A stretch of DNA of 63,059 nt, the filler included, from Circinaria calcarea (Eukaryota), in the NCBI GenBank assembly GCA_051942165.1. It is 51 parts of 51 records of this genome, joined end to end, with 100 filler letters (N's around TTAATTAATTAA, not from the genome) between each part and the next. Parts side by side here need not be neighbours in the genome. Positions count along the whole stretch, not along the records: positions 1 to 1,148 come from JAVECS010005225.1; positions 1,249 to 2,396 come from JAVECS010005226.1; positions 2,497 to 3,643 come from JAVECS010005227.1; positions 3,744 to 4,889 come from JAVECS010005228.1; positions 4,990 to 6,135 come from JAVECS010005229.1; positions 6,236 to 7,380 come from JAVECS010005230.1; positions 7,481 to 8,625 come from JAVECS010005231.1; positions 8,726 to 9,870 come from JAVECS010005232.1; 43 more parts are not named here. One strand, written 5' to 3'. The position numbers and the translations under genes are program-made. Shown here piece after piece: positions 1-11,217 of the stretch. The notes under the pieces are model-generated. The model was given only the letters and a program-made list of their open reading frames with translations, did no database searches and was not told the DNA's origin. Each line of letters opens with the position of its first letter. The first letter of the stretch is position 1.

Positions 1-622
1 ATTTGCGGATGAAAGGATGAAAAGGATGAATGGAAGATGGACGAATTTTATTTTCCCGGCAGATTAATATATATATGTATACTCTGTATTATGGTATATA
101 GGTATAATGATGGAGAGAATGGGGATTTTTGAAAAAAGTGAAACGATTTATCAATATTTGTTTTCGTTCTAGTTCTCGTTCTCGTTCTCGCTCTTTCTAC
201 CTCCCCAAAAAACCAGGGGAAAAAACCACATTTCCCTGAAGCCTATTTTCTTTTCTCCTTTTCTGGTTTGGCACAAAAGTTGGGGTCCCGGAGAGGGGGG
301 ATTTGTACGGTTTGTCCCTGGGGGAAAGGTTTTTTGTTGCATGGGAAAAGAATCACGAACCACCATGCTGGGAAGCTGCTTGCTACTCCGTATTGTATCG
401 CATTGTAACCTAACAAGGAAACGGAAACGGAAACATTCCCGTTGGTACAACAGACAGACAAACTGCTCGCTCGCTCGCTCGCTCACTCGATTAGGAAAAA
501 ACGGTAGGGGTTTGATAGCCAGGACTCAGGAATCCGGACTCCATACATAGCAACCCTGGGCGGAGGGGGGGGCTGCTTTTCGGGCGATCCCCGAAGAAGC
601 CCACCGAGGGTATGGTAAGTAA

Positions 623-978
623 GTGCCCTGAAACGAAGAATGAGTGGAAGGGTTTAACTTCGGCGCAAGATTTTCCGAACCGAACCAAAATTTTGCGGTG
701 TTCTCACTCTGGCCGCAAAAATTACCATATTAGGTTTAGCTTATCGCTCGATCGGGCCAAATTTTTTATTTAATCGAGTTTAGTTTTTCGCTCAACTGAG
801 CCTAGCTTTTCGCTTAACTGAGCCTAGTTTTTCGTTTAATTAAGTTTAGATTTTCGTTTAAACGGGCCTAGTTTTTCGCTCGAATAGGAAAAAAATTTAT
901 TATATTTAACGTAGCGTACTAATTTTAATATTAAATTTATATTATTTTATATTTCTTATTATATTATATTATGCTGCG
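623..978 (+). mobile_element. Putative 5' end of a Helitron2/Helentron-like non-autonomous repeat (RIP-mutated copy)
   Basis: Starts (A)GTGCCCTGAAACG; matches the reverse complement of ~49905-50241, with homology stopping at the same boundary and different flanks. Confidence 0.7.
732..885 (+). repeat. Seven-unit 22-bp tandem array (consensus about GAGCCTAGTTTTTCGCTCGATC)
   Basis: Units start at 732, 754, 776, 798, 820, 842, 864; no spacers between units. Confidence 0.9.
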
Positions 979-1148
979 TTTCGGGATATATAATAAAAAA
1001 AAAAATTATATAAAAATAATAAAAAAATACGTGGGAATAATAAATAATATTTTCGGAATATATAATAAATATTCGCCGTAATAAAATCCCGTATTTAAAT
1101 TTAATTAAATTATTAAAATTAAAATATAAAATAATATAAATATTAAAT

Positions 1149-1248
1149 NNNNNNNNNNNNNNNNNNNNNNNNNNNNNNNNNNNNNNNNNNNNTTAATTAA
1201 TTAANNNNNNNNNNNNNNNNNNNNNNNNNNNNNNNNNNNNNNNNNNNN
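1149..1248. other. Artificial assembly spacer (44 N + TTAATTAATTAA six-frame stop linker + 44 N); first of 50 identical spacers
   Basis: Identical 100-bp block recurs about every 1.24 kb; intervening contigs fall monotonically from 1148 to 1126 bp, i.e. size-sorted unplaced contigs. Confidence 0.99.
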
Positions 1249-2105
1249 TTGGTCGGAGGAGGCACGTAGGCTCTTAGTCTTGCCAACGCTTGCTACTCCC
1301 TTGTGTCAGCAATATACATTCTGTGTCCACGATTACTCCTCTGACCATAGACGCTTGGGAGAGCGGTGCCATTTCGCATGTCTGATACCTAAAAATAAGA
1401 TAACGATTCGATACAATTGTACCAATTCTCGCTCTACATACATAGACTTCAGAAAAGGCCCAATGTAAAGGCGGTCTAGCCCAGGCTTATCCACCAGCCC
1501 TACCAGTACCGTGATAACCCACATTTATCACGTGCGAGCCCTAGGTTGCCTTTCTCTACTGGATACTTACTTCTTTACTTTGAATGTCTGTTGTCTTGAC
1601 TTTTTTCCAGATCTCTACTTTCATGACAATCAGTATGGGATGTATTCTCTACAAACATCGAAATTCCATTTTCGAGTCTATGGATTACCATGGCTACAGC
1701 TTACCTTAGGGTTAGGCTAGCAGTGGGCGGTTCTCAGTGGACTCTTTGTATTCCATCAATAGGGATCACCAGTACTTGGTATCTGGAGGCTGTATCCGTT
1801 CACCCGGTGTTGGCACCGCTGTTAAGCGTCGGGTTTACTGTGTACTTTGTACTCTATACAAAGAAATTGAGGATCCTTTGTGATGCTTTATGATCTAGGT
1901 ATCTTCATTCTATTCGTCTCTCGGTCTAAACTTCTCGCAGATAGCTTCTTCTGAGCGGTCTTTGAGTCTTCGGGTTTTCTTTTGTTGTGAACATTGGAGT
2001 TCTGGTATGCTATGTTTAGAATCTTTTATCCGTTTCACATATATCCTGCAAACGGCGCAATCTTCATTCGGCCACGTTCCGCAAACAGCATTCACCAAAA
2101 GCATC

Positions 2106-2396
2106 ATGACAGAAAATTCACGAGATAGAAGACCACCGCTGCGATTCGCGCAGTCGTCATCCGCAGGCCTCAGAGGACTGGAGAATGTCATCCCTAAGAA
2201 ATCCCCATTGGCTGAAACATTCCACGACTTTGACACGTACCATCTAGATAAACCGCTACCTCCAACGCCAAGGAGACCATCGAGTCTCTACGATCTACTC
2301 AAGGAGGACATAATCGACTCTTATGCCGAAAGGGGTCCTAAAGACGAGCTTCTACCTTCTTATTTTTTGCTCGCAGCGGCCACATACATCTCTGAC
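2106..2396 (+). CDS. Hypothetical fungal protein, N-terminal fragment
   Basis: ATG-initiated ORF MTENSRDRRPPLRF...DKPLPPTPRRPSSLYD open to contig end; no domain recognised. Confidence 0.5.
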
Positions 2397-2497
2397 NNNN
2401 NNNNNNNNNNNNNNNNNNNNNNNNNNNNNNNNNNNNNNNNTTAATTAATTAANNNNNNNNNNNNNNNNNNNNNNNNNNNNNNNNNNNNNNNNNNNNG

Positions 2498-2770
2498 GTT
2501 GGTACCGACCAGGCAAACCTCGGTGCCAAGATTTTCTTCATCTGGGGCTCCCTTTGCGCTCTGTGCTGTATTTACGCCTACTTTTTGGTTCCTGAGACCA
2601 AGGGTCTATCACTGGAACAGGTCGACAAGATGTTGGAGGAGACCAACGCTCGGAATTCCTCGAAATGGGTCCCTCATACCACATTCGCCTCCCAGATGGG
2701 TATGACGGAGAAGGGTACGCTCGCTCCGGAGATTATCGAGAACGTGGAGCACAAGGGCTCGGTTGCCTAA
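2498..2770 (+). CDS. MFS sugar porter (high-affinity hexose transporter, MstA-like), C-terminal fragment
   Basis: NLGAKIFFIWGSLC...FLVPETKGLSLEQVDKMLEE; PETKG sugar-porter signature after TM12. Confidence 0.92.
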   Translation, partial: VGTDQANLGAKIFFIWGSLCALCCIYAYFLVPETKGLSLEQVDKMLEETNARNSSKWVPHTTFASQMGMTEKGTLAPEIIENVEHKGSVA

Positions 2771-3743
2771 ATTCCAGGTTTTTGATATTCTGCGGCAAAC
2801 CTTGGGTACACTTGACCGGCGTGGTTTTGCATATACTTTTGATGAAATTAGGATACTACTGGCAGACTTGTTCAAGCTGCCATGTGTTGATAAATGGCTA
2901 GTCCTCTTAGGAATACAAACACCCGTCTACCAACATGCTGGTGTTCTTCTTTTTTCCTTTTCAATTGTTGGTTGTTAAAGACTTTTATCTCGTCCCATGC
3001 ACCAATCACTCAACCTCACCGTCGGCAATCCCACAACCGAGTAGCATACAATTAGGTTAAAATACACAAACACCATCGCTGACATTTCAACTCCATGCTG
3101 CCCATCTCATCTCCTCCACCTCCAACATCGTCACACCTTGACACCTTCTTCATCCACCCCATCCCTCTCTCGCCTAGATTCGGACAAAACCAATCCAATT
3201 CATTTTCATCCGGACTTCTTTCTTCTTCTTTCTTCTTTCGTCTCCGGCTCACCCCCCCCCCCCAATTTCATTCCTCCTGTGGTTTTTTCTTTTTATACAT
3301 ACGAACCCGTTTTGGCGTAATGTAAACTCTGATGTAATTGATTCATCTACAAAAGAAGAGGGGAAATTCAAGTATGAAAAGTAGGGCAACGATTTGAAAA
3401 ATAAAGTGACGCATTTCTATTCTATTTTATTCTAATAGAGTTGGAGTTTGAGCTGGATACAGCGTTCCGCGAGGCGGGTTTCAGATTCAGGGGCCGTGGG
3501 TGGGGTAGAAGAGAATACCTAGGGCTTTTGATACCTATATCTATTCTATTTCTTTTTTTTTCCCTTCTTTTTTTTGGGGGGGGGGAACCGAGAATAGAAA
3601 TTCTCCCCCACAAGGAGGGGGATGGATTTCTCCGGAACAAGGGNNNNNNNNNNNNNNNNNNNNNNNNNNNNNNNNNNNNNNNNNNNNTTAATTAATTAAN
3701 NNNNNNNNNNNNNNNNNNNNNNNNNNNNNNNNNNNNNNNNNNN

Positions 3744-4232
3744 GTGCTTCGGAAGGAACAGCCGCCAGGAGAATTCAAATGCCCGACTGCCGTCTTCCTG
3801 TCGAGTGCGTCACTCCATGAGCGCATGAATCGCGATACCCCGCGCCTGATACATTACATCTTGAAGCAGGCGCTCTGTTACGTGTACGAAGACGTAGAGA
3901 AAGCTAATGCGTACTTGAACGATTTCCCCTGGATCCCGCTCATCGTGGCGAATCCGCCGGCTCTGATCCACGATCTACCCCGAGGGTTTCGGCTCTCCGA
4001 AGATGAAAGTACGGACCTGCTAGCGTATGCTGATCTCGCGCGGGCGATGGTGCAGATGGTTGAAGAAGGTGGGGGGAAGAAGTGGGTGGGAAAGAACGTC
4101 GGAATCCTTCCTACCGGAGGAAATGAGATTCAGAAGAACGTGGGCCCGTTGATCAAGTATCTAAGTACAGGCTTGGTGGCCGCGTACTTTCCAAGCATTT
4201 CCAACTTTGCGAGGCGGAGGGGTTGGTGGTGA
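3744..4232 (+). CDS. AvfA/AflX-like NAD(P)-binding oxidoreductase, C-terminal fragment
   Basis: LSSASL, YVYEDVEKA, PPAL..D..RGFRLS, LAYADLARAM, NVGI and GLVAAYFP motifs resemble AvfA/OrdB-type enzymes of anthraquinone/xanthone pathways. Confidence 0.6.
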   Translation: MLRKEQPPGEFKCPTAVFLSSASLHERMNRDTPRLIHYILKQALCYVYEDVEKANAYLNDFPWIPLIVANPPALIHDLPRGFRLSEDESTDLLAYADLARAMVQMVEEGGGKKWVGKNVGILPTGGNEIQKNVGPLIKYLSTGLVAAYFPSISNFARRRGWW

Positions 4233-4540
4233 TTCTCGGTACCGTAATGGTCAGAAATTATAATTTCAACAAGTCCGTAATATCGTTAATAATTCTGGTA
4301 TCGGATTATTTCGTGTAAGATCCCTTTTAAATAAATTATCGCATAATATAGGCTGCCGTGGCTGTTGAAAACCGGCTTTGCCGAAATGGCGAAAAAGAGC
4401 CGCATATCGTGATCGAAGAGCGCGGAGAAGGAGGAGGCGGGGAAAGCACGCTAATTGGACCCTCTTTTCCTCCATATCTCAGCCATCCCCCTTTCTCCTC
4501 TATATATTATATATATTTCCATAAAGTTTATATATATATA

Positions 4541-4889
4541 CTGGTAACGCGCGCCAGCGCGCAGAGCCCTGAAACGTATTATATTTAATATATAATGCAG
4601 TACTTAGTATAGCATCCAGCATAGCATCCAGCATAATATAATATAGCACTTAGTATAGCACCTAGTATATCACGCTGCATAGCACGCTATATAGCATTTA
4701 GTATAGCACCCAGCATGGCACGCTGTATGGCACGCGGTATATTATAGTAATAGCATGCCGTATAGCATAGAAGAAGCATAGCACCCAGTAGAGCACGTTA
4801 TATAGCACTTAGTATAGCATTCAGCATAACACGCTGCATAGTACGCTGCATAGCACGCGGCATAATAAAGCAATAGCACGCAGTATAAT
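4541..4889 (-). mobile_element. Putative 3' end of the Helitron2-like repeat with TAGCA-type satellite
   Basis: Plus strand CTGGTAACGCGCGCCAGCGCGCAGAGCCCTGAAACG followed by TAGCA-rich repeats; same terminus as at 25359. Confidence 0.7.
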
Positions 4890-4990
4890 NNNNNNNNNNN
4901 NNNNNNNNNNNNNNNNNNNNNNNNNNNNNNNNNTTAATTAATTAANNNNNNNNNNNNNNNNNNNNNNNNNNNNNNNNNNNNNNNNNNNNC

Positions 4991-5677
4991 AAGGAAGAAG
5001 TCGAGCGCTTCTACAACTTCTGGTACAATTTCGACAGCTGGCGTTCCTTTGAGTACCAGGACGAAGACGTCCCCGACGACAACGAGAACCGCGACCAAAA
5101 GCGGCACGTGGAGCGGAAGAATAACAACGCACGCAAGAAGAAGAAGACGGAGGACACGGCGCGGCTCCGCAGCCTCGTGGATGAATGCCTGGCGGGCGAC
5201 GAGCGCATCAAGAAATTCCGCACGGAAGAGCGCGCCAGTAAGAACAAGAAGCGCCTGGACAAGGAAGCCGCGGAGCGGCAAGCCAAAGCCGACGCCGAGA
5301 AGGCCAAAGAGGAAGAAGCGAAACTTCAAAAGGCACGCGAGGAAGCCGAGAAGGCGGAAAAGGCCGAGGGCAAAAAGGCCAAGGAGGCGGCCAAGAACGC
5401 GGCCAAGAAGAACAAGCGGATCCTCAAGGCCAGTGTCAAAGATGCGAACTACCTGCTCGAGAGCGGGGATCCGAGTCCCGCGCACATTGAGGGCGTGCTG
5501 AACGAAGTCGATCTGGTCATGGGCAAGGTGGACAATGAGGAGTTGGCGGCGCTGGCGGCGAAGCTGGGCGGGAAGAAGGGCGCAAGGGAGGTAAAGGGGG
5601 TTTGGGTCGAGGAGGTGGGCAGGTTGGTGCAGGGGGGAAAGGTGAAAGAAGGGGAGGTTAGGGTCATGGTTGCTTGA
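4991..5677 (+). CDS. ZUO1: Zuotin (ribosome-associated J-protein), C-terminal fragment
   Basis: FYNFWYNFDSWRSFEYQDEDVPDDNENRDQKRHVERKN, DERIKKF and AAKKNKRILK motifs. Confidence 0.96.
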   Translation, partial: KEEVERFYNFWYNFDSWRSFEYQDEDVPDDNENRDQKRHVERKNNNARKKKKTEDTARLRSLVDECLAGDERIKKFRTEERASKNKKRLDKEAAERQAKADAEKAKEEEAKLQKAREEAEKAEKAEGKKAKEAAKNAAKKNKRILKASVKDANYLLESGDPSPAHIEGVLNEVDLVMGKVDNEELAALAAKLGGKKGAREVKGVWVEEVGRLVQGGKVKEGEVRVMVA

Positions 5678-6000
5678 ATGTGGAAGCTGTGTGGATGGGA
5701 ACTGTGGAATTTCTAACCCGCGAGAGGGAGGGAGGGCGTTTTTGCAAAAGGGGTGTGGGTTAGATAGACATAGATGGGTGTCCTGACACCAGTAACCGGT
5801 AACTGGACGGGGACGGAGATGTCCCGGATGAGATGCGCATAGGGTGTTAATAGTAATCCAATCTACTTATGATTTTTTGCTAGACAGTCAGACGTCAGAC
5901 GTCGGACTCGGACTCCAAACAACAGGACAGGACAGGACACGACAGGATAGGACAGAAATTTCGGGCTCCATTACTTTTCAACTCTACCCCCTACATCCCC

Positions 6001-6135
6001 TTCCTCTTCCTCTTCCTCTTCCTCTTCCTCTTCCTCTTCCTCTTCCTCTTCCTCTTCCTCTTCCTCTTCCTCTTCCTCTTCCTCTTCCTCTTCCTCTTCC
6101 TCTTCCTCTTCCTCTTCCTCTTCCTCTTCCTCTTC
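6001..6135. repeat. (TTCCTC)n microsatellite
   Basis: Perfect hexamer run to contig end. Confidence 0.98.
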
Positions 6136-6477
6136 NNNNNNNNNNNNNNNNNNNNNNNNNNNNNNNNNNNNNNNNNNNNTTAATTAATTAANNNNNNNNN
6201 NNNNNNNNNNNNNNNNNNNNNNNNNNNNNNNNNNNCACCCACACCCTCCCTGGTGAGAACGGGACAGAGAGGCAGAAAACCACTGAACACTCCCCCCCTT
6301 TTCGGAAAAAAAAAAGATAATTCCGTATAAAAACCCCTCCATACCGCTCCGCTACGCTATAAAAACCTTTTCCATACCCCCTACGCTCCGCTCCGCCCCA
6401 CTCCGCCACCAAAAAGGAACCACACAAATGCGCAGGATAGGGCCCCTCATTCCCCTCGCTCACTCTCCAGCTCTAGA

Positions 6478-6530
6478 AAAACCCAAAACCCAAAACCCAA
6501 AACCCAAAACCCAAAACCCAAAACCCAAAA
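6478..6530. repeat. (AAAACCC)n microsatellite
   Basis: About 7 perfect heptamer copies. Confidence 0.9.
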
Positions 6531-7874
6531 ACAACATATCCGGAAAAAAAGCATCAGATTGCACATGCAAACGCCACGCGGTTTTAAACTTTTTACCCTC
6601 CTTGGGAGGAAGGAAGGAAAGTCGGGAAGAGGGCAAGAGGGGAAGGAAAGGAGATATCCAAACTCGCGGAACAACGGAACAACGGACGTCCAACTCAGGA
6701 AACAACGTAGGGCGTGGAGCAGTAAAAAACCCCAACCCCCGAGAGCGCTCTCAAACACCGACCCCTTTATCCTTATTCCTTATTTTTACTTACCCATCTA
6801 GCCCGGCGCTCATGCCTACGCCTCCGACTTTTCTTTTCCTCTTTCTTTTCCACTTTTCCCCCCCTCTTTTCTTTCACCGAATGACCGAACCACCGGCCCG
6901 GGAAAAAAGGAAATCAGAATCATGGCAGAAAAAAAAAAACGAAAAAAAACCAAAAGGAAATACTGCCCGGATCTGAATCTGATTTCATCATGTTTGTTTT
7001 CGCTTGCGTTAATGGGTACAAATTTTCCCCCATGCGGTTTGGAAAAAGGTTGCTTTGGTTTTTTCCCCCCTACCCTAGTTCCTACAGAGTAAGAAAAACA
7101 AAAGGGGGAGATTTTCGTATCCTCCCATCTCTCTCATCTTCGTAACCACCCCGCCCTCCTACAAATCTCTTCGAGGAGCCATATGCATCGTTATTGGCTC
7201 CCTCTCCGGCTCCACCCCCCCTTCACTCAGGTCATTGCACAGTTAACAAAAAAAAAGGAAAAAAAAGATCCTCCGCAACTCATCCTTCCGTCGCGACAGG
7301 ACCTCTGCCACCCCTCGGTAAACCCCCACGACCACCCGCACGTGGCGCATAACCACCTCTAGCGCCCCTCGCGAATCCCCNNNNNNNNNNNNNNNNNNNN
7401 NNNNNNNNNNNNNNNNNNNNNNNNTTAATTAATTAANNNNNNNNNNNNNNNNNNNNNNNNNNNNNNNNNNNNNNNNNNNNGGTCCTTTGTTTGCGAAAGG
7501 ATTTGATTTGTTGGTCGTGTGTTGAGAGGGTCGTGAGGGGCGGGAGGGGGTTAATGGAAGGGGTTATCAAGAGAGAGGGCATAGAAAGGTCAATGGGGTT
7601 TCAGTAGTCTACATGAGATGAATGAACATTTTGAATTAAGGGTTTTGCTCATCTTCAATGGGCCAGTCAACTCGGGTTTGTTTCCAATGTGGACTGATGG
7701 GGAATAGAAAATAAATCGGGACATCCCAAAATCGACTTGACGTTGCCTCTACCTCGTTCGCTGCAAATGCTACCATGTTTCTCGCCTGACTTGTTCTCGG
7801 TCTCAAAGCTTCGACCTGACCCTCTGTTGGAAGTCATAGGGCTTACCGAGCATGTGTTGCTAGGAGGTCCATGC

Positions 7875-8366
7875 TCAACACTCTCTATACTCCATAAAAG
7901 CACTTTTTCGTAGCATAGATAGTTCGTTAGTTATATACTCAGGTAGCAATGTCACCATACATTCTGCTGCCCAACACCCTCGGCCGCCCGAACCGTCGCT
8001 CTGGTTTTGCTGGAGGAAAATGTCACGTTCAAGGGACATGTTTAGATCCCTTAACAACTGCTGATACCGTTGCACGGCAGCTTGAGTGATGGTGCGTTTG
8101 AAGAGGTCTTACGTCTGTAGCTGTTCTTGTGTCTAGAATGAGGATTCTATAGACAAATGTTCGTTTCGACGGGAACTTTCTCCAGGGCGCGATGAATGAA
8201 GAGGAGGACCTGGTTGAGGACCGTCACATCTTGGTGAAGGTCGATGACTTTCTTCCCTTGCAAACGATACGTCGCGTTCTCAGGTCGTCGAGGGTTATCA
8301 GAGCCCCTGCCGAGTCCCGCGATTATAAGGAGCAAACGCTAGGGTTAGGGACACGGGGTCTGCCAT
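7875..8366 (-). pseudogene. Frameshifted ORF resembling a fungal HeLo-like/SesA-type N-terminal domain
   Basis: Begins MADPVSLTLAF, then helical segments (RLQGKKVIDLHQDVTVLNQVLLFIHRALE) in shifted frames with stops. Confidence 0.3.
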
Positions 8367-9970
8367 TCTTTTTAATAGGTAGATGTGATAATCATGGCGT
8401 ATATACGGGAGATTGCTCTGAAACGAGGCACGAGAGGAAGGGTTTAAAGCTGGATACAGAAAGAGCTGCCTAATTAGTGGTTTTTAGGCAGGGGCACGAG
8501 TACTAGGCGAGCGTATTCCGTAGCCTCTGAAAATAAAAATATAGGTCCGGAACAGTCGTTTACTTGATATAAATTATTAAGTTCGGCTAATACTTTCGCT
8601 TGGTATTTTACCAGGTGAAATCCCCNNNNNNNNNNNNNNNNNNNNNNNNNNNNNNNNNNNNNNNNNNNNTTAATTAATTAANNNNNNNNNNNNNNNNNNN
8701 NNNNNNNNNNNNNNNNNNNNNNNNNCCACAAATACCCATCCATGACCCTTTTGGGAAATCAAGAAAAATAGCATAACAGAATTCATAAAAAAAAATATAA
8801 AAAAAACCCCCAAAACCCCAACTCCGATTTCCGGCCTCCCTTCAGACTTCCTCCCTCTCTTCAACCATTTTTTATAAATCACCATTCATCACAAAAGCCC
8901 CCCTCCCCACACAAAAGAAAAAAGGAGATTTGCGAAAAACCAAAAACAAAAGATCATTCTGTCCCTTCGCGTGGCGTCGCGGGCCCTAGAATCGCTGGTT
9001 GTTTGGTTCTTTGGCCTTTAGGGGGTACGTACGACTACGGATTGGATTAAAATTGAAAATTTTGCTTGCTGGATGGATGGATGGATAAATGGGGACGAAG
9101 AATTCCTATTACTCCATTGTACCTGTACCTATATCTATAACTTGTACATATCTTAACACTCCATCGGGCCCGTTCATCGGGCAGTCCTTTTTAAAAAGGA
9201 AAAAAAAAATGGATATAAATTACCATACCTCGGTTCGATTGGATTAAGCCCCGGGGAATTTTGGGATTTTTTTCCGGGGGGGGGGGAAGGAAGGGAATTA
9301 AAAGTTCCGATTTCACCCCACATATGCTCCTACCATATCCTAAGTTATAAATAGGATAGGCCAAAAAAAGACCACAGTTCGAAAAAATATAGAGGTAGGT
9401 AGGTAGGTATCGAGCGAGGGTCCCTGAATGGTATAGTGAAGAATCAGAGAGGGTGGTATATATATGTGGGGGGGGGCATATTATATTAAAAACTGACTGA
9501 CTGCGGCATATTTAAAGATTGGTTGTAGTTAATAAGGAATTTTTAATAACTAGGCTACTGAAACTATCTTTCTATTCTGCTCGGCTATGTATGTGTATAG
9601 AAGAACCCTAAAAATTCCCGAGGTTCTTTCTGTGCATGCGCCGCCGTAATTCCAATGACAGCCCACTCCCCTTTCTAGTCTAGCTTCTTTTGGCCTCCAC
9701 CACAGGGGCGTATCAAGCTACGGTGATTAAGGGTGTACGGGTAGGTGGGCAGGCAACCCAGGATATCCATCCATACAGTTTGGGGACTCCAGTAAGATGG
9801 GATACCAACTCTGATTTAATTAAAGAGTAGCGACATGTAAGAATACTTTCATGACTAACAATGCCGCGAANNNNNNNNNNNNNNNNNNNNNNNNNNNNNN
9901 NNNNNNNNNNNNNNTTAATTAATTAANNNNNNNNNNNNNNNNNNNNNNNNNNNNNNNNNNNNNNNNNNNN

Positions 9971-10763
9971 TCCCTGAGCTATGCCGCATCCGGACCGATG
10001 CCGCATTTTCCCCGCATTCCACCCCCCATTTCAAAAAATCATTACTCCACCAATATGGCCTCAATTGATTCAGCTCTTGCAGATCTAAACGCCCAAATAC
10101 ACCCGAATATATGGGCCACCGCCAGAAAACTCGGCCTGGTCGAAAGCACCCTAAGAAGACGCTGGAAGGGTCAAACCATGTCTCGCCAAGACGCCGCCTC
10201 TAAATACATTCAACGACTTACCAATAATTAAGAAGAGGCATTGATAGGCTAAATTAATCGCCTAACCGACCGAGGAATACCTTCAATTAGCAGGATTGTG
10301 CGGAATTTTGTGAAGGAAGTGCTGGGCGGCCCTGTTGGAAAGAACTGGATAGAGTGTTTTATATAAAGGTATAAAGAGAGGCTTACAAGCCTATACTTGC
10401 GCAATATCGATAAAGTGTGTGTATAATCCGAATATGCGCCTATATTCAAACAGTTCTACGACTTGGTACGTCTTAATTGGCTGTATAACAGTTGAAATAC
10501 TAATTTTTTCTTAGTTACTCAATGCCTACGAGAAATACCATATTACAGCTGATAATACGTACAACTGGGATGAAAAAGGCTTTCTAATTAGTATGGCAAG
10601 TGCCACACAGCGTATTATGACGCTAGAAGCTCTCCTTTCTGGCCGGATCACGCATGCAAGTCAAGATGGCAGTAAAGAGTTTATTACTCTATTAGTCAAT
10701 ATCAGCGCCACCGGAGTCGCATTATTATTAGCTTTTATATATTAGGGTGATTCCGGCACACTT
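9971..10763 (+). mobile_element. pogo/Fot1-family DNA transposon, left part with RIP-inactivated transposase
   Basis: ATG at 10055: HTH (ATARKLGLVESTLRRRWKG), CENP-B-like HTH (VGKNW), intron ~10466-10513, YNWDEKGF and QDGSKEFITLL of the DDE region; several in-frame TAA/TAG stops. Confidence 0.92.
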
Positions 10764-10950
10764 TGTCAAGAATAGGGGTTCTACACTGCGTGGAGGAACT
10801 AGTATTCGGAGCGGTCGAACCATCCACCGAACACACACATAGCAGAGGTTTTCTGCTATGCAGTTCCATAGTGAAGTCCAGTCACATAGACTGGTAGTTA
10901 CCATAGCCAATACAGCTTATTCCATTCTGTATTACCTCCATTATTTCACA
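10764..10950 (+). mobile_element. Putative LTR (187 bp) inserted in the pogo transposase
   Basis: Transposase frame ends abruptly at TGTCAAG; segment ends TTTCACA and contains CAATACA; followed by AT-rich RIP-like DNA. Confidence 0.55.
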
Positions 10951-11217
10951 ATTAATTTATAGCACAGCCGTATAAAATATTTAAAAAAAAAATTTTTTTA
11001 TGCAAATTCTAATAAATATTTATTAATATAAATTTAGTTTAAGAAATTCTTAAAAGTTATATTTATGAATTATATATAAAAGGCTGAATAAAATTAATTT
11101 TATATAAAATCTGTCNNNNNNNNNNNNNNNNNNNNNNNNNNNNNNNNNNNNNNNNNNNNTTAATTAATTAANNNNNNNNNNNNNNNNNNNNNNNNNNNNN
11201 NNNNNNNNNNNNNNNAG

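Noticed and set aside
1193..1204. Regularly spaced TTAATTAATTAA as a biological repeat, piggyBac target or CRISPR-like array
   Set aside because: Always centred in N runs; a synthetic six-frame stop linker. ORFs ending in X...LIN are artefacts of it
4934..5485. Long antisense ORFs over zuotin, and similar ones over SGF73 (57217-58125), Rab5 and RTF1
   Set aside because: Shadow frames of GC-rich coding sequence on the opposite strand
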